Shown here: positions 51,031 through 63,599 of the stretch, one piece after another | Layout: each line of letters begins with the position of its first letter | How positions within the stretch are numbered: position 1 is the stretch's first letter | Origin: Phoronis australis | Lineage: Eukaryota > Animalia > Phoronida | NCBI GenBank assembly: GCA_002633005.1 | Contig: NMRA01000312.1 | Location: 453,850-517,849 of the forward strand | Direction of reading: 5' to 3' | DNA length: 64,000 nt | Translations under genes and position numbers: made by a program | The notes under the pieces: model-generated | Told to the model about the DNA's origin: nothing | Database searches by the model: none | What the model saw: only the letters and a program-made list of their open reading frames with translations

Positions 51031-51780
51031 ACTTTAGATAAAGACGCCATATCAAATTCTTTATCTTATTTTATGGCGTAATTTATACCATCAACACGAG
51101 TAAAGAATACAAATAATACCTTAGGGTCTAATCTTTTTGCTCCGTATACACAGGCAGGGTTGGAGAATCCCAGTACTTCTTTTTATGACCAAAGCCTCGC
51201 ACTACTTTTTAGGTCGATATTGGTGTGTTACGGAGAGTGGCATCTCGTGCTTCCCTTGCAAAGTGAAATGTAACAGAAATTCCGGGTATTGATCCCGATA
51301 CTTCTTGCGAATACTGAGTGGGTGTTCTACCGTTTAAGATCATTCCACGTGTTACCTGCTTATGTCATGTCAAGGGAAACTGTAACCTACCACAGAGCTT
51401 TACAGAATCCAAATATCTCATACATGTCTCATACAACTTGACCGTTCTCCCATTTAAGCACGATGCTCGTTGCGATGTCAAATTTAGGCAAACGTGCAGA
51501 AGGAAAATTGGGAAATAATGCAATCGGTCCCGGTACCTCTAAAGCAAAGCGAGTGCTCTCCCGCCGGTGCAAACTCCATCAAAATCTTTATATCATACCT
51601 CGAACTCTAACAGAAAATCCAAAAAATATAGCAATTCAAGAATTTTAGGGCGTAATTCTTGCTATTAACACAAGCAAAAAATAAAAACCTTAGGTTCTAA
51701 TTTTTTTGTTCAATATTTTAGATTCTATATCTTGTAGTGGAATTTACAATATAATGTAATTATGCAGCACCAAAATACAT

Positions 51781-51853
51781 TGGAGAATCTGGGCATCGAT
51801 TACAGTACCTCTCGCATGCGAAGCAAGCGCTCTACCATTTGAGCTAATTCCCA
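51781..51853 (-). pseudogene. trnA-CGC: tRNA-Ala(CGC), probably a pseudogene (T-stem mismatches, G1 changed)
   Basis: Identical to the 54276 copy except gattacag instead of gatcccag, and ccca instead of cccc. Confidence 0.8.
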
Positions 51854-53353
51854 ATAATACGTATCGCAGCGGTGCCAAATTGCTTATAGTAAAATCCCAA
51901 TGATGCAAATGCAAACTTGGAAAAACTGAGTACCGATTTAATTCCGATGAGTTCCGTTTCGCAAATTATTTGCAAGATTACGTAAATATTCCTAAGCTAT
52001 AGCCAAACATCGCAACTATAAACCTGGTGGTCACAATAGCTTTACTAGTAAGTGTTCCCCGAAACGTGCTCCTGGTGCTAAAATAGCGGTCAACTATTTA
52101 AACTCACTCTACATGTTATGGAATGTCACCTTGTATATTTCCCATGCAAAGCGAGTGTTACACGATTGGAGCTCATTGCCATAATACACATAGTGGCCAT
52201 GTCAATTTTTCATCTCATACATTAGTAGTTTTAACAGAAATTCGAAAGAATTATGCAACAAACAAAAAATGGAGGATGCAGGTATAAATCCTGGTACCTT
52301 TCTTAAGCAAAGCAACGCTCTTTATTTTAGTTCTAATTGCTTATGTTAAGCAACCAAGCACCTCACGTTTCTCTTCCAAAGTAAAACGTGGCAGGAAATG
52401 AAGGATAGGCGTTCTAGAGCCCGGTACCTTTCTTATCCGAAGAAACGCTCTGCTTTTTAGTTATAATTGTGTTTTTTAAGCAACATAGCACCTCACGTTT
52501 CACTACCAAAGTAAAACGTGACAGTAAATCCGGATATTGATCCCGATATCTCTTGCGTATGTTAAGCGGAGTCGAGCTCTATAACGATAGTGTCTCGCTG
52601 GGAAAGCAAGATGTCGCCGTGTATTTTAATGAGAGCATGTGATTTTGGCTAAATGTTTCTCAAAGGGAGAATACCAGCTGGATGTTTCACTATGTGAGCT
52701 CATTCTATATCATAACCCGCATAATCTACATATCCCCATACATGTCTCATGCAACTCGACCACACTACTATTTGTTGCAGTGTCCAATATCGGAACAAAT
52801 TATACAAAAGCTAACTAGAGAATGCGGGCATCGACCCCGGTACTTCTTGTATGCAAAGCTAGCAGAAACTCCAAACAATTAACGCAAATCTAGAATTAGA
52901 TAACCTCGCGATTGGTCCTAGCACTTAGTCTGGCATGTTATGCAAGAGCTTTAAGAGTTGAACTTAAATGAACTTGTTGGGTAACATAGCCGTACCATGT
53001 TCTTTATCGTCTGACGTAATTGATAACATCAGCCAGAAAAAACGCACAACACACCTAGGAGAATGCTGATAACGATCCTGTTCTACCCCTTCCGTTAATT
53101 CTTCACCTGAGTTAAATTCGCCCTGTTAAGTTTTTATCTTATTTGATGGCGCAAGCTGAGCGAGCGTTCTACCTTTTCGTTAATGCCCAACCTAAGTAAA
53201 AAGTGCCACGTTAAATTTTTATCTTATTGATGACGTAATTACGAACACACGTCAGAGAAAAGAATACAAAAATCAAAGTGAAAAATCGGGCCCGGGGAAT
53301 AATCTGTTTTGCTATACATTTAGATACAATTGTGGATCAATTCTGTAAAAAAT

Positions 53354-53426
53354 TGGAGAATCCGGGTATCGATCCCGGTACCTCTCGCATGCTAAGCGAG
53401 CGCTCTACCATTTGAGCTAATTCCCC
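53354..53426 (-). tRNA. trnA-AGC: tRNA-Ala(AGC), intact
   Basis: Reverse complement GGGGAATTAGCTCAAATGGTAGAGCGCTCGCTTAGCATGCGAGAGGTACCGGGATCGATACCCGGATTCTCCA; G3:U70 pair; T6 terminator adjacent. Confidence 0.96.
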
Positions 53427-54275
53427 ATCTTAGCCAAAATCGCCACATGAAATTCGTTATCTTATTTATGGCGTAGCTAGAGAAAAACAGATTGGTGTTT
53501 CCAGGAAGCGACTTTTTTATAACTTGTATGTAAAACTAGTGCTACATTATTTGAGCTAATTGCTATAATGCTGTCGATAAAGGTCAAATCAATTTTATCA
53601 CCTTAAACAATACGAATTTCAACAGAAATTCGAAATTATTATACAAAACCAACATTGGAGAATCGCAGTACTTCTTTTTATGACGAAAGTAACGCTCTAC
53701 TTTTTAGGTCTATATTGCTATGTTACGTGCAGTGGCATCACGTGCTGCCCTTGCAAAGTGAAATGTAACAGAAATTCCGGGTATTGATCCCGATACTTCT
53801 TGCGAATACTGATTGGGTGTTCTACCGTTTAAGATCATTCCACGTGTTACCTGCTTATGTCATGTCAAGGGAAACTGTAACCTACTACAGAGCTTTAGAG
53901 AATCCAAATATCCCATACATGCCTCATGCAAGTTGACCGTTCTCACATGTAAGCACCATGCTCGTTGCGATGTGAAATTTAGGCAAACATGCAGAAGGAA
54001 AATTGGGAAATCCTGCAATCCGTCCAGGTACCTCTAAAGCAAAGCGAGTACTCTCCCGTCGGTGCAAACTCCATCAAAATCTTCATATCATACCTCGAAC
54101 TCTAACAGAAAATCGAAACAAATATAGCGATGCAAGAATTTTAGGGCGTAATTCTTGCTATTAACACAAGCAAAAAATAAAAACCTTAGGTTCTAATTTT
54201 TTGTTCAATATTTTAGATTCTTTATCTTGTAGCGGAATTTACAATATAATGTAATTATGCAGCACCAAAATACAT

Positions 54276-54348
54276 TGGAGAATCTGGGCATCGATCCCAG
54301 TACCTCTCGCATGCGAAGCAAGCGCTCTACCATTTGAGCTAATTCCCC
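54276..54348 (-). tRNA. trnA-CGC: tRNA-Ala(CGC), intact
   Basis: Reverse complement GGGGAATTAGCTCAAATGGTAGAGCGCTTGCTTCGCATGCGAGAGGTACTGGGATCGATGCCCAGATTCTCCA; T4 terminator. Confidence 0.93.
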
Positions 54349-55757
54349 ATAATACGTATCACGGCGGTGCCAAATTGCTTATAGTAAAATCACAATGATG
54401 CAAAATCAAACTTGAAAAAACTGAGTACCTGTTTAATTCCGATGAGTTCCGTTTCGCAAATTATTTGCAAGATTACGTAAATATTCCTAAGCTATAGCCA
54501 AACATCGCAACTATAAACCTGGTGGTCACAATAGCTTTACTAGTAGGTGTTCCCCGAAACGCGCTCCTGATGCTAAAATAGCGGTCAACTATTTAAACTA
54601 ACTCTACATGTTATGAAATGTCACCTTGTATATTTCCCATGCAAAGCAAGTGTTACATGATTGGAGCTCATTGCCATAATACATATAGTAATACATGATT
54701 GGAGCTCATTGCTATAATACGTATAGTGGCCATGTCAATTTTTCATCTCATACATTAGTAGTTTTAACAGAAATTCGAAAGAAGTATGCAACAAACAAAA
54801 AATGAAGGATCCAGGTATAGATCCTGGTAACGTTCTTATGCAAAGCAACCCTCATTATTTTAGTTCTAATTGCTTATGTTAAGCAACCAAGCACCTCACG
54901 TTTCTCTTCCAAAGTAAAACGTGGCAGTAAATCCGGATATTGATCCCGATATCTCTTGCTTATGTTAAGCGGAGTCAATTTCTATAACGATAGTGTCTCG
55001 CTGGGAAAGCAAGATGTCGCCGTGTATTTTAATGAGAGCATGTGATTTTGGCTAAATGTTTCTCAAAGGGAGAATACCAGCTGGATGTTTCACCATGTAA
55101 GCTCATTCTATATCATAACCCGCATAATCTTCATATCCCCATACATGTTTCATGCAACTCGACCACACTACTATTTGTTGCAGTGTCCAATATCTGAACA
55201 AATCATACAAAAGCTAACTAAAGAATGCGGGCATTGACCCCGGTACTTCTCGTATGCAGAGCTAGCAGAAACTCCAAACAATTAACGCAAATCTAGAATA
55301 TTAGATAACCTCGCGATTGGTCCTAGCACTCAGTCTGCCATGTTATGCAAGAGCTTTAAGAGTTGAAATTAAATGAACTTGTTGGGTAACATAGCCGTAC
55401 CATGTTCTTTATCGTCTGACGTAATTCATAACATGAGCCAGAATAAACGCACAACACACCTAGGAGAATGCTGATAACGATCCTGTTCTACCACTTCCGT
55501 TAATTCTTCACCTGAGTTAAATTCGCCCTGTTGAGTTTTTATCTTATTTGATGGCGCAAGCTGAGCGAGCGTTCTACCTTTTCGTTAATTCCCAACATAA
55601 GTAAAAAGTGCCACGATAAATTTTTATCTTATTGATGACGTAATTACGAACACACGTCAGAGAAAAGATTACAAAAAGCAGAGTGAAAAATCGGGCCGGG
55701 GAATAATCTGTTTTGCTATACATTTAGATACAATTGTGGATCAATTCTGTAAGAGAT

Positions 55758-55830
55758 TGGAGAATCCGGGTATCGAGCCCGGTACCTCTCGCATGCTAAG
55801 CGAGCGCTCTACTATTTGACCTAATTCCCC
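55758..55830 (-). pseudogene. trnA-AGC: tRNA-Ala(AGC), probable pseudogene with chimeric flanks
   Basis: D-stem mismatch (GGTC), G18>A, T-loop change, and terminator lost (aagaga instead of aaaaaa). Confidence 0.8.
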
Positions 55831-56131
55831 ATAATACGCAGCCCAGCGGTGCCAAATTACTTATTGTAAAATCAGAAAGATGCAAAATCAAACTTAAAAA
55901 AACTGAGTACCGATTTAATTCCGATGAATTCCGTTTCGCAAATTATTTGCGAGATCACGTAAGTGTTCGCAAGCTATAGCCAAACATCGCAAACTATAAA
56001 CCAAGTGGTCACAATGTCTTTACTGGTTGGTGTTCTCCGAAACGCGCTCCTAGTGCTAAAATAGTGATCAACAGTTGAAAAACCTCTACATGTTATAGAA
56101 TGTCACCTTGTATATTTCCCATACCAAGCGA

Positions 56132-56357
56132 GTGTTACATGATTGGAGCTCATTGCCATAATTCATATAGTGTTACATGATTGGAGCTCATTGCTATAAT
56201 ACATATAGTGGTACATGATTGGAGCTCAATGCCATAATACATATAGTGGTACGTGATTGGAGCTCATTGCCATAATACATTCTGTTACATGATTGGAGCT
56301 CATTGTCATAATACATATAGTGATACATGATTGGAGCTCATTGCCATTATTCACATA
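56132..56357 (+). repeat. 38-bp tRNA-derived minisatellite x6
   Basis: Unit gtgttacatgattggagctcattgccataatacatata. Confidence 0.93.
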
Positions 56358-56883
56358 GCGGCCATGTCAACTTTTATCTCATACATTAGTATTTTTAACA
56401 GAAATTCGAAAGAATTTTGCAACAAACAAAAATGGAGGATCATGGTATCGATCCTGGTACCTTTCTGATGCAAAGTAAATCTCTTTATTTTAGTCCTAAT
56501 TGCTTTTGTTAAGCAACAAAGCACCTCATGTTTCTCTTCTTATCTTCCAAATTAAAATAAGACAGAAAGTACGAGTATTGATCACGATAACTCTTGCGTA
56601 TGCTACGCGGGGTCCATTTAATAACGTGAGAGTGTCGGTGGAAAGCAAGACATCGCCGTGTATTTTCAATGACAACATGTGATTTTGACTAAGTGTTTCT
56701 CAAACCGAGAATTCGAGATGGGTGTTCAACCATCTGAGCTCATTCTACATCATCACATGCAATAGAGGATTAGAGAATATACATATCCCGATAGATGTCT
56801 CATTCAGGTCGACCGTACTCGCATAATCAGCCCCTTCCTTGTTGCAGTGTCCACTAAAGGAATAAAAACATAACAGAGCTAAC

Positions 56884-56956
56884 TGGAGAATCCGGGTATC
56901 GATTCCGGTACATCTCGCATGCAAAGCGAGCGCTCTACCACTTGAGCTAATTCCCC
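56884..56956 (-). tRNA. trnA-TGC: tRNA-Ala(TGC), variant with A53:C61 mismatch
   Basis: Reverse complement GGGGAATTAGCTCAAGTGGTAGAGCGCTCGCTTTGCATGCGAGATGTACCGGAATCGATACCCGGATTCTCCA. Confidence 0.75.
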
Positions 56957-58977
56957 AAGTCATGTAGGTATTGTTTACGCCAAATATTTCATATCACACT
57001 AGTAACTATAACAATTATAGCAAAACTAGAATTAGATAAGCCGTTTCATCTCGCATATTAAGCATGAACACTAAAACATGAGCTTAAAATATCCCTGTTA
57101 GCAATTATAACTAATTCATTTTCTTTTCCTTGTGATATCAATTATAACACATGGCAGAAATAAAATACAAATCGGAGGCAGGTCTCCATCCCGGTACTTT
57201 TCACACACAAAGGGATTAGAGGTCTGTTTTTAGATACTTCTCCATAGCAACAAAATGTAGTAGCTATTTTAGTTCTAGTTCTTTATCCGATAACCGGCAC
57301 TATAATAAAACCGAAACAAAAAAGGAAATGAAGGATCAGCGTTCTAGAGCCCGGTACCTTTCTTATCCGAAGAAACGCTCTGCTTTTTAGTTATAATTGT
57401 TTTTTTAAGCAACAAAGCACCTCACGTTTCTCTACCAAAGTAAAACGTGACAGTAAATCCGGGTATTGATCCCTATATCTCTTGCGTATGTTAAGCGGAG
57501 TCGAGCTCTATAACGGTAGTGTCTCGCTGGGAAAGCAAGATGACGCCGTGTATTTTAATGAGAGCATGGGATTTTGGCTAAATGTTTCTCAAAGGGAGAA
57601 TACCAGCTGGGTGTTTCACCATGTAAGCTCATTCTATATCATAACCCGCATAATCTACATATCCCCATACATGTCTCATTCAACTCGACCACACTACTAT
57701 TAAGCCCCGTGGTTGTTGCAGTGTCCATTATCTGAACAAATTATACAAAAGCTAACTAGAGAATACGAGTATCGACCCCGGTACTTCTCGCATGCAAAGC
57801 TAGCAGAAATTCCAAACAATTAACGCAAATCTAGAATTAGACAACCTCGCGACTGGTCCTAGCACTTAGTCTGGCATGTTATGCAAGAGCTTTAAAAGTT
57901 GAACTTAGATGAACTTGTTGGGTAATATAGCCGTACCATGTTCTTTATCGTCTGACGTAATTTATAACATCAGCCAGAAAAAACGCACAACACACCTAGG
58001 AGAATGCTGATAACGATCCTGTTCTGCCACTTCCATAATTCTTCACCTGAGTTAAATTCGCCCTGTTGAGTCTTTATTTTATTTGATGGCGCAAGCTGAG
58101 CGAGCGTTCTACCTTTTCGTTAATGCCCAACCTAAGTAAAAATCGCCACATGAAATTCGTTATCTTATTTATGGCGTAGCTAGAGAAAAACAGATTGGTG
58201 TTTCCAGGAAGCGACTTTTTTATAACTTGTATGTAAAACTAGTGCTACATTTTTTGAGCTAATTGCTATAATGCTGTCGATAAAGGTCAAATCAATTTTA
58301 TCACCTTAAACAATACGAATATCAACAGCAATTCGAAATTATTATACAAAACCAACATTGGAGAATCCCAGTACTTCTTTATATGACCAAAGTACCGCTC
58401 TACTTTTTAGGTCTATATTGGTATGTTACGTAGAGTGGCATCACGTGCTTCCCTTGCAAAGTGAAATGTAACAGAAAATCCTGGTATTGATCCCGATACT
58501 TCTTCCGAATACTGAGTGGGTGTTCTACCGTTTAAGATCATTCCACGTGTTACCTGCTAATACCATGTCAAGGGAAACTGTAACCTACAAAGCCTTTGGA
58601 CAATCTAAATATCCCATACATGTCTCATACAACTTGACCGTTCTCCCATTTAAGTTCCATGCTCGTTGCGATGTCAAATTAAAGCAAACGTGCAGAATGT
58701 AATTGGGAAATCCTGCAGTCGGTTCCGGTACCTCTCAACTAAACCGAGTGCTCTCCCGTCGGTGCTAATTCAATCAGAATCTTTGTAATCATACCTGTAA
58801 CTATAAGAGGAAATCCAAAAAATTATAGCAACGTTAGAATTTTAAGGCGTAGTTTTTGCTATTAACTCAAGCAAAGAATAAAAGGCTTAGGTTTTTATAT
58901 TTTTGCTGAATATTTTGAATTCTTTATCTTGTAGCGGAATTTACAATATAATGTATTAATGCAGCATCAAAAAACAT

Positions 58978-59050
58978 TGGAGAATCTGGGCATCGATCCC
59001 AGTACCTCTCGCATGCAAAGCGAGCGCTCTACCATTTGAGCTAATTCCCC
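58978..59050 (-). tRNA. trnA-TGC: tRNA-Ala(TGC), intact
   Basis: Reverse complement GGGGAATTAGCTCAAATGGTAGAGCGCTCGCTTTGCATGCGAGAGGTACTGGGATCGATGCCCAGATTCTCCA; T6 terminator. Confidence 0.96.
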
Positions 59051-59351
59051 ATAATACGCAGCCCGGCGGTGCCAAATTACTTATTGTAAAACCAGAAAGA
59101 TGCAAAATCAAACTTGAAAAAACTGAGTACCGATTTAATTCCGATGATTTCCGTTTCGCAAATTATTTGCGAGATCACGTAAATGTTCGCAAGCTATAGC
59201 CAAACATCGCAAACTATAAACCAAGTGGTCACAATGTCTTTACTGGTTGGTGTTCTCCGAAACGCGCTCCCAGTACTAAAATAGTGATCAACCGTTGAAA
59301 AACCTCTACATGTTATAGAATGTCACCTTGTATATTTCCCATACCAAGCGA

Positions 59352-59503
59352 GTGTTACATGCTTGGAGCTCATTGCCATAATTCATATAGTGGTACATGA
59401 TTGGAGCTCATTGCCATAATACATATAGTCATACATGATTGGAGCTCATTGCCATATTACATATAGTGATACATGATTGGAGCTCATTGCCATAATACAC
59501 ATA
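59352..59503 (+). repeat. 38-bp tRNA-derived minisatellite x4
   Basis: Same unit as at 56132. Confidence 0.93.
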
Positions 59504-60028
59504 GCGGCCATGTCAATTTTTATCTCATACATTAGTATTTATTACAGAAATTCGAAAGAATTTTGCAACAAACAAAAATGGAGGATCATGGTATCGATCC
59601 TGGTACCTTTCTTATGCGAAGATACTCTCTTTATTTTAGTCCTAATTGCTTTTGTTAAGAAACAAAGCACCTCATGTTTCTCTTCTTATCTTCCAAATTA
59701 AAATAAGACAAAAAGTACGAGTATTGATCAAGACAACTCTTGCGTATGCTACGCGGGTTCAGTTTAATAACGTCAGAGTGTCGGTGGAAAGCAAGATATC
59801 GCCGTGTATTTTCAATGAGAGCATGTGATTTTGCTAACTCTTTCTCAAAGCGAGAATTCGAGATGGGTGTTCAACCATCTGAGCTTATTCTACATCATCA
59901 CCTGCAATAGAGGATTGGAGAATATACATATCCTGATAGATGTCTCATTCAGGTCGACCGCACTCGCATAATCTGTCCCTTACTTGTTGCAGTGTCCACT
60001 AAAGGAACAAAAACATAACAGAGCTAAC

Positions 60029-60101
60029 TGGAGAATCCGGGTATCGATTCCGGTACATCACGCATGCAAAGCGAGCGCTCTACCACTTGAGCTAATTCCC
60101 C
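60029..60101 (-). tRNA. trnA-TGC: tRNA-Ala(TGC), variant or possible pseudogene (A53 plus an anticodon-stem mismatch)
   Basis: As the 56884 copy but catcacgc instead of catctcgc. Confidence 0.65.
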
Positions 60102-61440
60102 AAGTCATATAGGTATTGTTTACGCCAAATATTTCATATCACACTAGTAACTATAACAATTATAGCAAAACTAGAATTAGATAAGCCGTTTCATCTCGCA
60201 TATTAAGCAAGAACACTAAAACATGAGCTTAAAATATCTTTGTTAGCAATTATAACTAATTCATTTTCTTTTCCTTATGACACAAATTATAACACATGGC
60301 ACAAATAAAATAAAAATCGGAGGCAGGTCTCCATCCCGGTACTTTTCACACACAAATGGATTAGAGGTCTGTTTTTAGATAATTTTTCATAGCAACAAAA
60401 TTCAGTAGCTATTTTAGTTCTAGTTCTTTATCCGATAACCGGCACTATAATAAAACCGAAACAAAAAACGAAATGAAGGATCAGCGTTCTAGAGCCCGGT
60501 ACCTTTCTTACCCAAAGAAACGCTCTGTTTTTAGTTATAATTGTGTTTTTTAAGCAACATAGCACCTCACGTTTCACTACCAAAGTAAAACGTGACAGTA
60601 AATCCGGATATTGATCCCGATATCTCTTGCGTATGTTAAGCGGAGTCGAGCTCTGTAACGGTAGTGTCTCGCTGGGAAAGCAAGATGTCGCCGTGTATTT
60701 TAATGAGAGCATGTGATTTTGGCTAAATGTTTCTCAAAGGGAGAGTACCAGCTGGATGTTTCACTATGTGAGCTCATTCTATATCATAACCCCCATAATC
60801 TACATATCCCCATACATGTCTCATGCAACTCGACCACACTACTATTTAAGCCCCGTGGTTGTTGCAGTGTCCAATATCTGAACAAATTATACAAAAGCTA
60901 ACTAGAGAATACGAGTATCGACCCCGGTACTTCTCGCATGCAAAGCTAGCAGAAATTCCAAACAATTAACGCATATCTAGAATTAAATAACCTCGCGTTT
61001 GGTCCTAGCACTTAGTCTGGCATGTTATGCAAGAGCTTTAAGAGTTGAACTTAAATGAACTTGTTGCGTAATATAGCCGTACCATGTTCTTTATCGTCTG
61101 ACGTAATTGATAACATAAGCCAGAAAAAACGCACAACACACCTAGGAGTATGCTGATAACGATCTTGTTCTACCTCTTCCGTTAATTCTTCACCTGAGTT
61201 AAATTTGCCCTGTTGAGTCTTTATTTTATTTGATGGCGCAAGCTGAGCGAGAGTTCTACCTTTTCGCTAATTCCCAACCTAAGTAAAAAGTGCCACGATA
61301 AATTTTTATCTTGTTGATGACGTAATTACGAACACACGTCAGAGAAAAGAATACAAAAATCAGAGTGAAAAATCGGGCCCGGGGAATAATCTGTCTTGCT
61401 ATACATTTAGATACAATTGTGGATCAATTCTGTAAAACTT

Positions 61441-61513
61441 TGGAGAATCCGGGTATCGATCCCGGTACCTCTCGCATGCTAAGCGAGCGCTCTACCATTT
61501 GAGCTAATTCCCC
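61441..61513 (-). tRNA. trnA-AGC: tRNA-Ala(AGC), intact
   Basis: Identical to the 53354 copy; T4 terminator. Confidence 0.96.
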
Positions 61514-62356
61514 GTCTTAGCTAAAATCGCCACATGAAATTCGTTATCCTATGGCGTAGCTAGAGAAAAACAGATTGGGGTTTCCAGGAAGCGACTTTTT
61601 TATAACTTGTATGTAAAACTAGTGCTACATTATTTGAGCTAACTGCTATAATGCTGTCGATAAAGGTCAAATCAATTTTATCACCTTAAACAATACGAAT
61701 ATCAACAGAAATTCGAAATAATTAGACAAAACCAACATTGGAGAATCCCAGTACTTCTTTTTATGACCAAAGTACCGCTCTACTTTTTGGGTCTATATTG
61801 GTATGTTGCGTAGAGTGGCATCACGTGCTTCCCTTGCAAAGTGAAATGTAACAGAAAATCCGGGTATTGATCCCGATACTTCTTCCGCATACTGAGTGGG
61901 TGTTCTACCGTTTAAGATCATTCCACCTGTTACCTGCTAATACCATGTCAAGGGAAACTGTAACCTACAAAAACCTTTGGAGAATCCAAATATCCCATAC
62001 ATGTCTCATACAACTTGACCCTTCTCCCATTTAAGTACCATGCTCGTTGCGATGTCAAATTAAAGCAAACGTGCAGAATGTAATTGGGAAATCCTGCAGT
62101 CGGTCCCGGTACCTCTAAACTAAACCGAGTGCTCTCCCGTCGGTGCTAATTCCACCAGAATCTTTGTAATCATACCTGTAACTATAACAGAAAATCCAAA
62201 AATTATAGCAACGCTAGAATTTTAAGGCGTAGTTTTTGCTATTAACACAAGCAAAGAATAAAAGGCTTAGGTTTTATATTTTTGCTCAATATTTTGAATT
62301 CTTTATGTTCTAGCGGAATTTACAATATAATGTAATAATGCAGCATCAAAAAACAT

Positions 62357-62429
62357 TGGAGAATCTGGGCATCGATCCCAGTACCTCTCGCATGCAAAGC
62401 GAGCGCTCTACCATTTGAGCTAATTCCCC
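62357..62429 (-). tRNA. trnA-TGC: tRNA-Ala(TGC), intact
   Basis: Identical to the 58978 copy; T6 terminator. Confidence 0.96.
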
Positions 62430-62730
62430 ATAATACGCAGCCCGTCGGTGCCAAATTACTTATTGTAAAATCAGAAAGATGCAAAATCAAACTTGAAAAA
62501 ACTGAGTACCGATTTAATTCCGATGAGTTCCGTTTCGCAAATTATTTGCGAGATCATGTAAATGTTTGCAAGCTATAGCCAAACATCGCAAACTATAAAC
62601 CAAGTGTTCACAATGTCTTTACTGGTTGGTGTTCTCCAAAACGCGCTCCTAGTGCTAAAATAGTGATCAACCGTTGAAAAACATCTACATGTTGTACAAT
62701 GTCACCTTGTATATTTCCCATGCCAAGCGA

Positions 62731-63072
62731 GTGTTACATGAATGGAGCTCATTGCCATAATACATATAGTGTTACATGATTGGGGCTTATTGCCATAATA
62801 CAAATAGTGGTACATGATTGGAGCTCATTACCCTAATACATATAGTGATACATGATTGGAGCTCATTGCCATAATACATATAGTGGTACATGATTGGAGC
62901 TCCTTGCTATAATACATATAGTGTTACATGATTGGAGCTCATTGCCATAATACATATAGTGGTACATGATTGGAGCTCATTGCCATAATACATATAGTGT
63001 TACATGATTGGAGCTCATTGCCATAATACATATAGTGATACATGATTGGAGCTCATTGCCATAATACACACA
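62731..63072 (+). repeat. 38-bp tRNA-derived minisatellite x9
   Basis: Units start at 62731, 62769, 62807, 62845, 62883, 62921, 62959, 62997, 63035. Confidence 0.95.
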
Positions 63073-63599
63073 GCGGCCATGTAAATTTTTATCTCATACA
63101 TTAGTATTTTTAACAGAAATTCGAAAGAATTTTGCAACAAACAAAAAATGGAGGATCATGGTATCGATCCTGGTACCTTTCTTATGCAAAGTAAATCTCT
63201 TTATTTTAGTCCTAATTGCTTTTGTTAAGCAATAAAGCACCTCATGTTTCTCTTCTTATCTTCCAAATTAAAATAAGACAGATAGTACGAGTATTGATCA
63301 AGATAACTCTTGCGTATGCTAGGCGGGGTCAGTTAAATAACGTCAGAGTGTCGGTGGAAAGCAAGATATCGCCGTGTATTTTCAATGAGACGATGTGATT
63401 TTGACTAAGTGTTTCTCAAACCGAGAATTCGAGATGGGTATTCGACCATCTGAGCTCATTCTACATCATCACCTGCAATAGAGGATTAGAGAATATACAT
63501 ATCCCGATAGATGTCTCATTCAGGTCGACCGTACTCGCATAATCAGCCCCTTACTTGTTGCAGTGTCCACTAAAGGAACAAAAACATAGCAGAGCTAAC

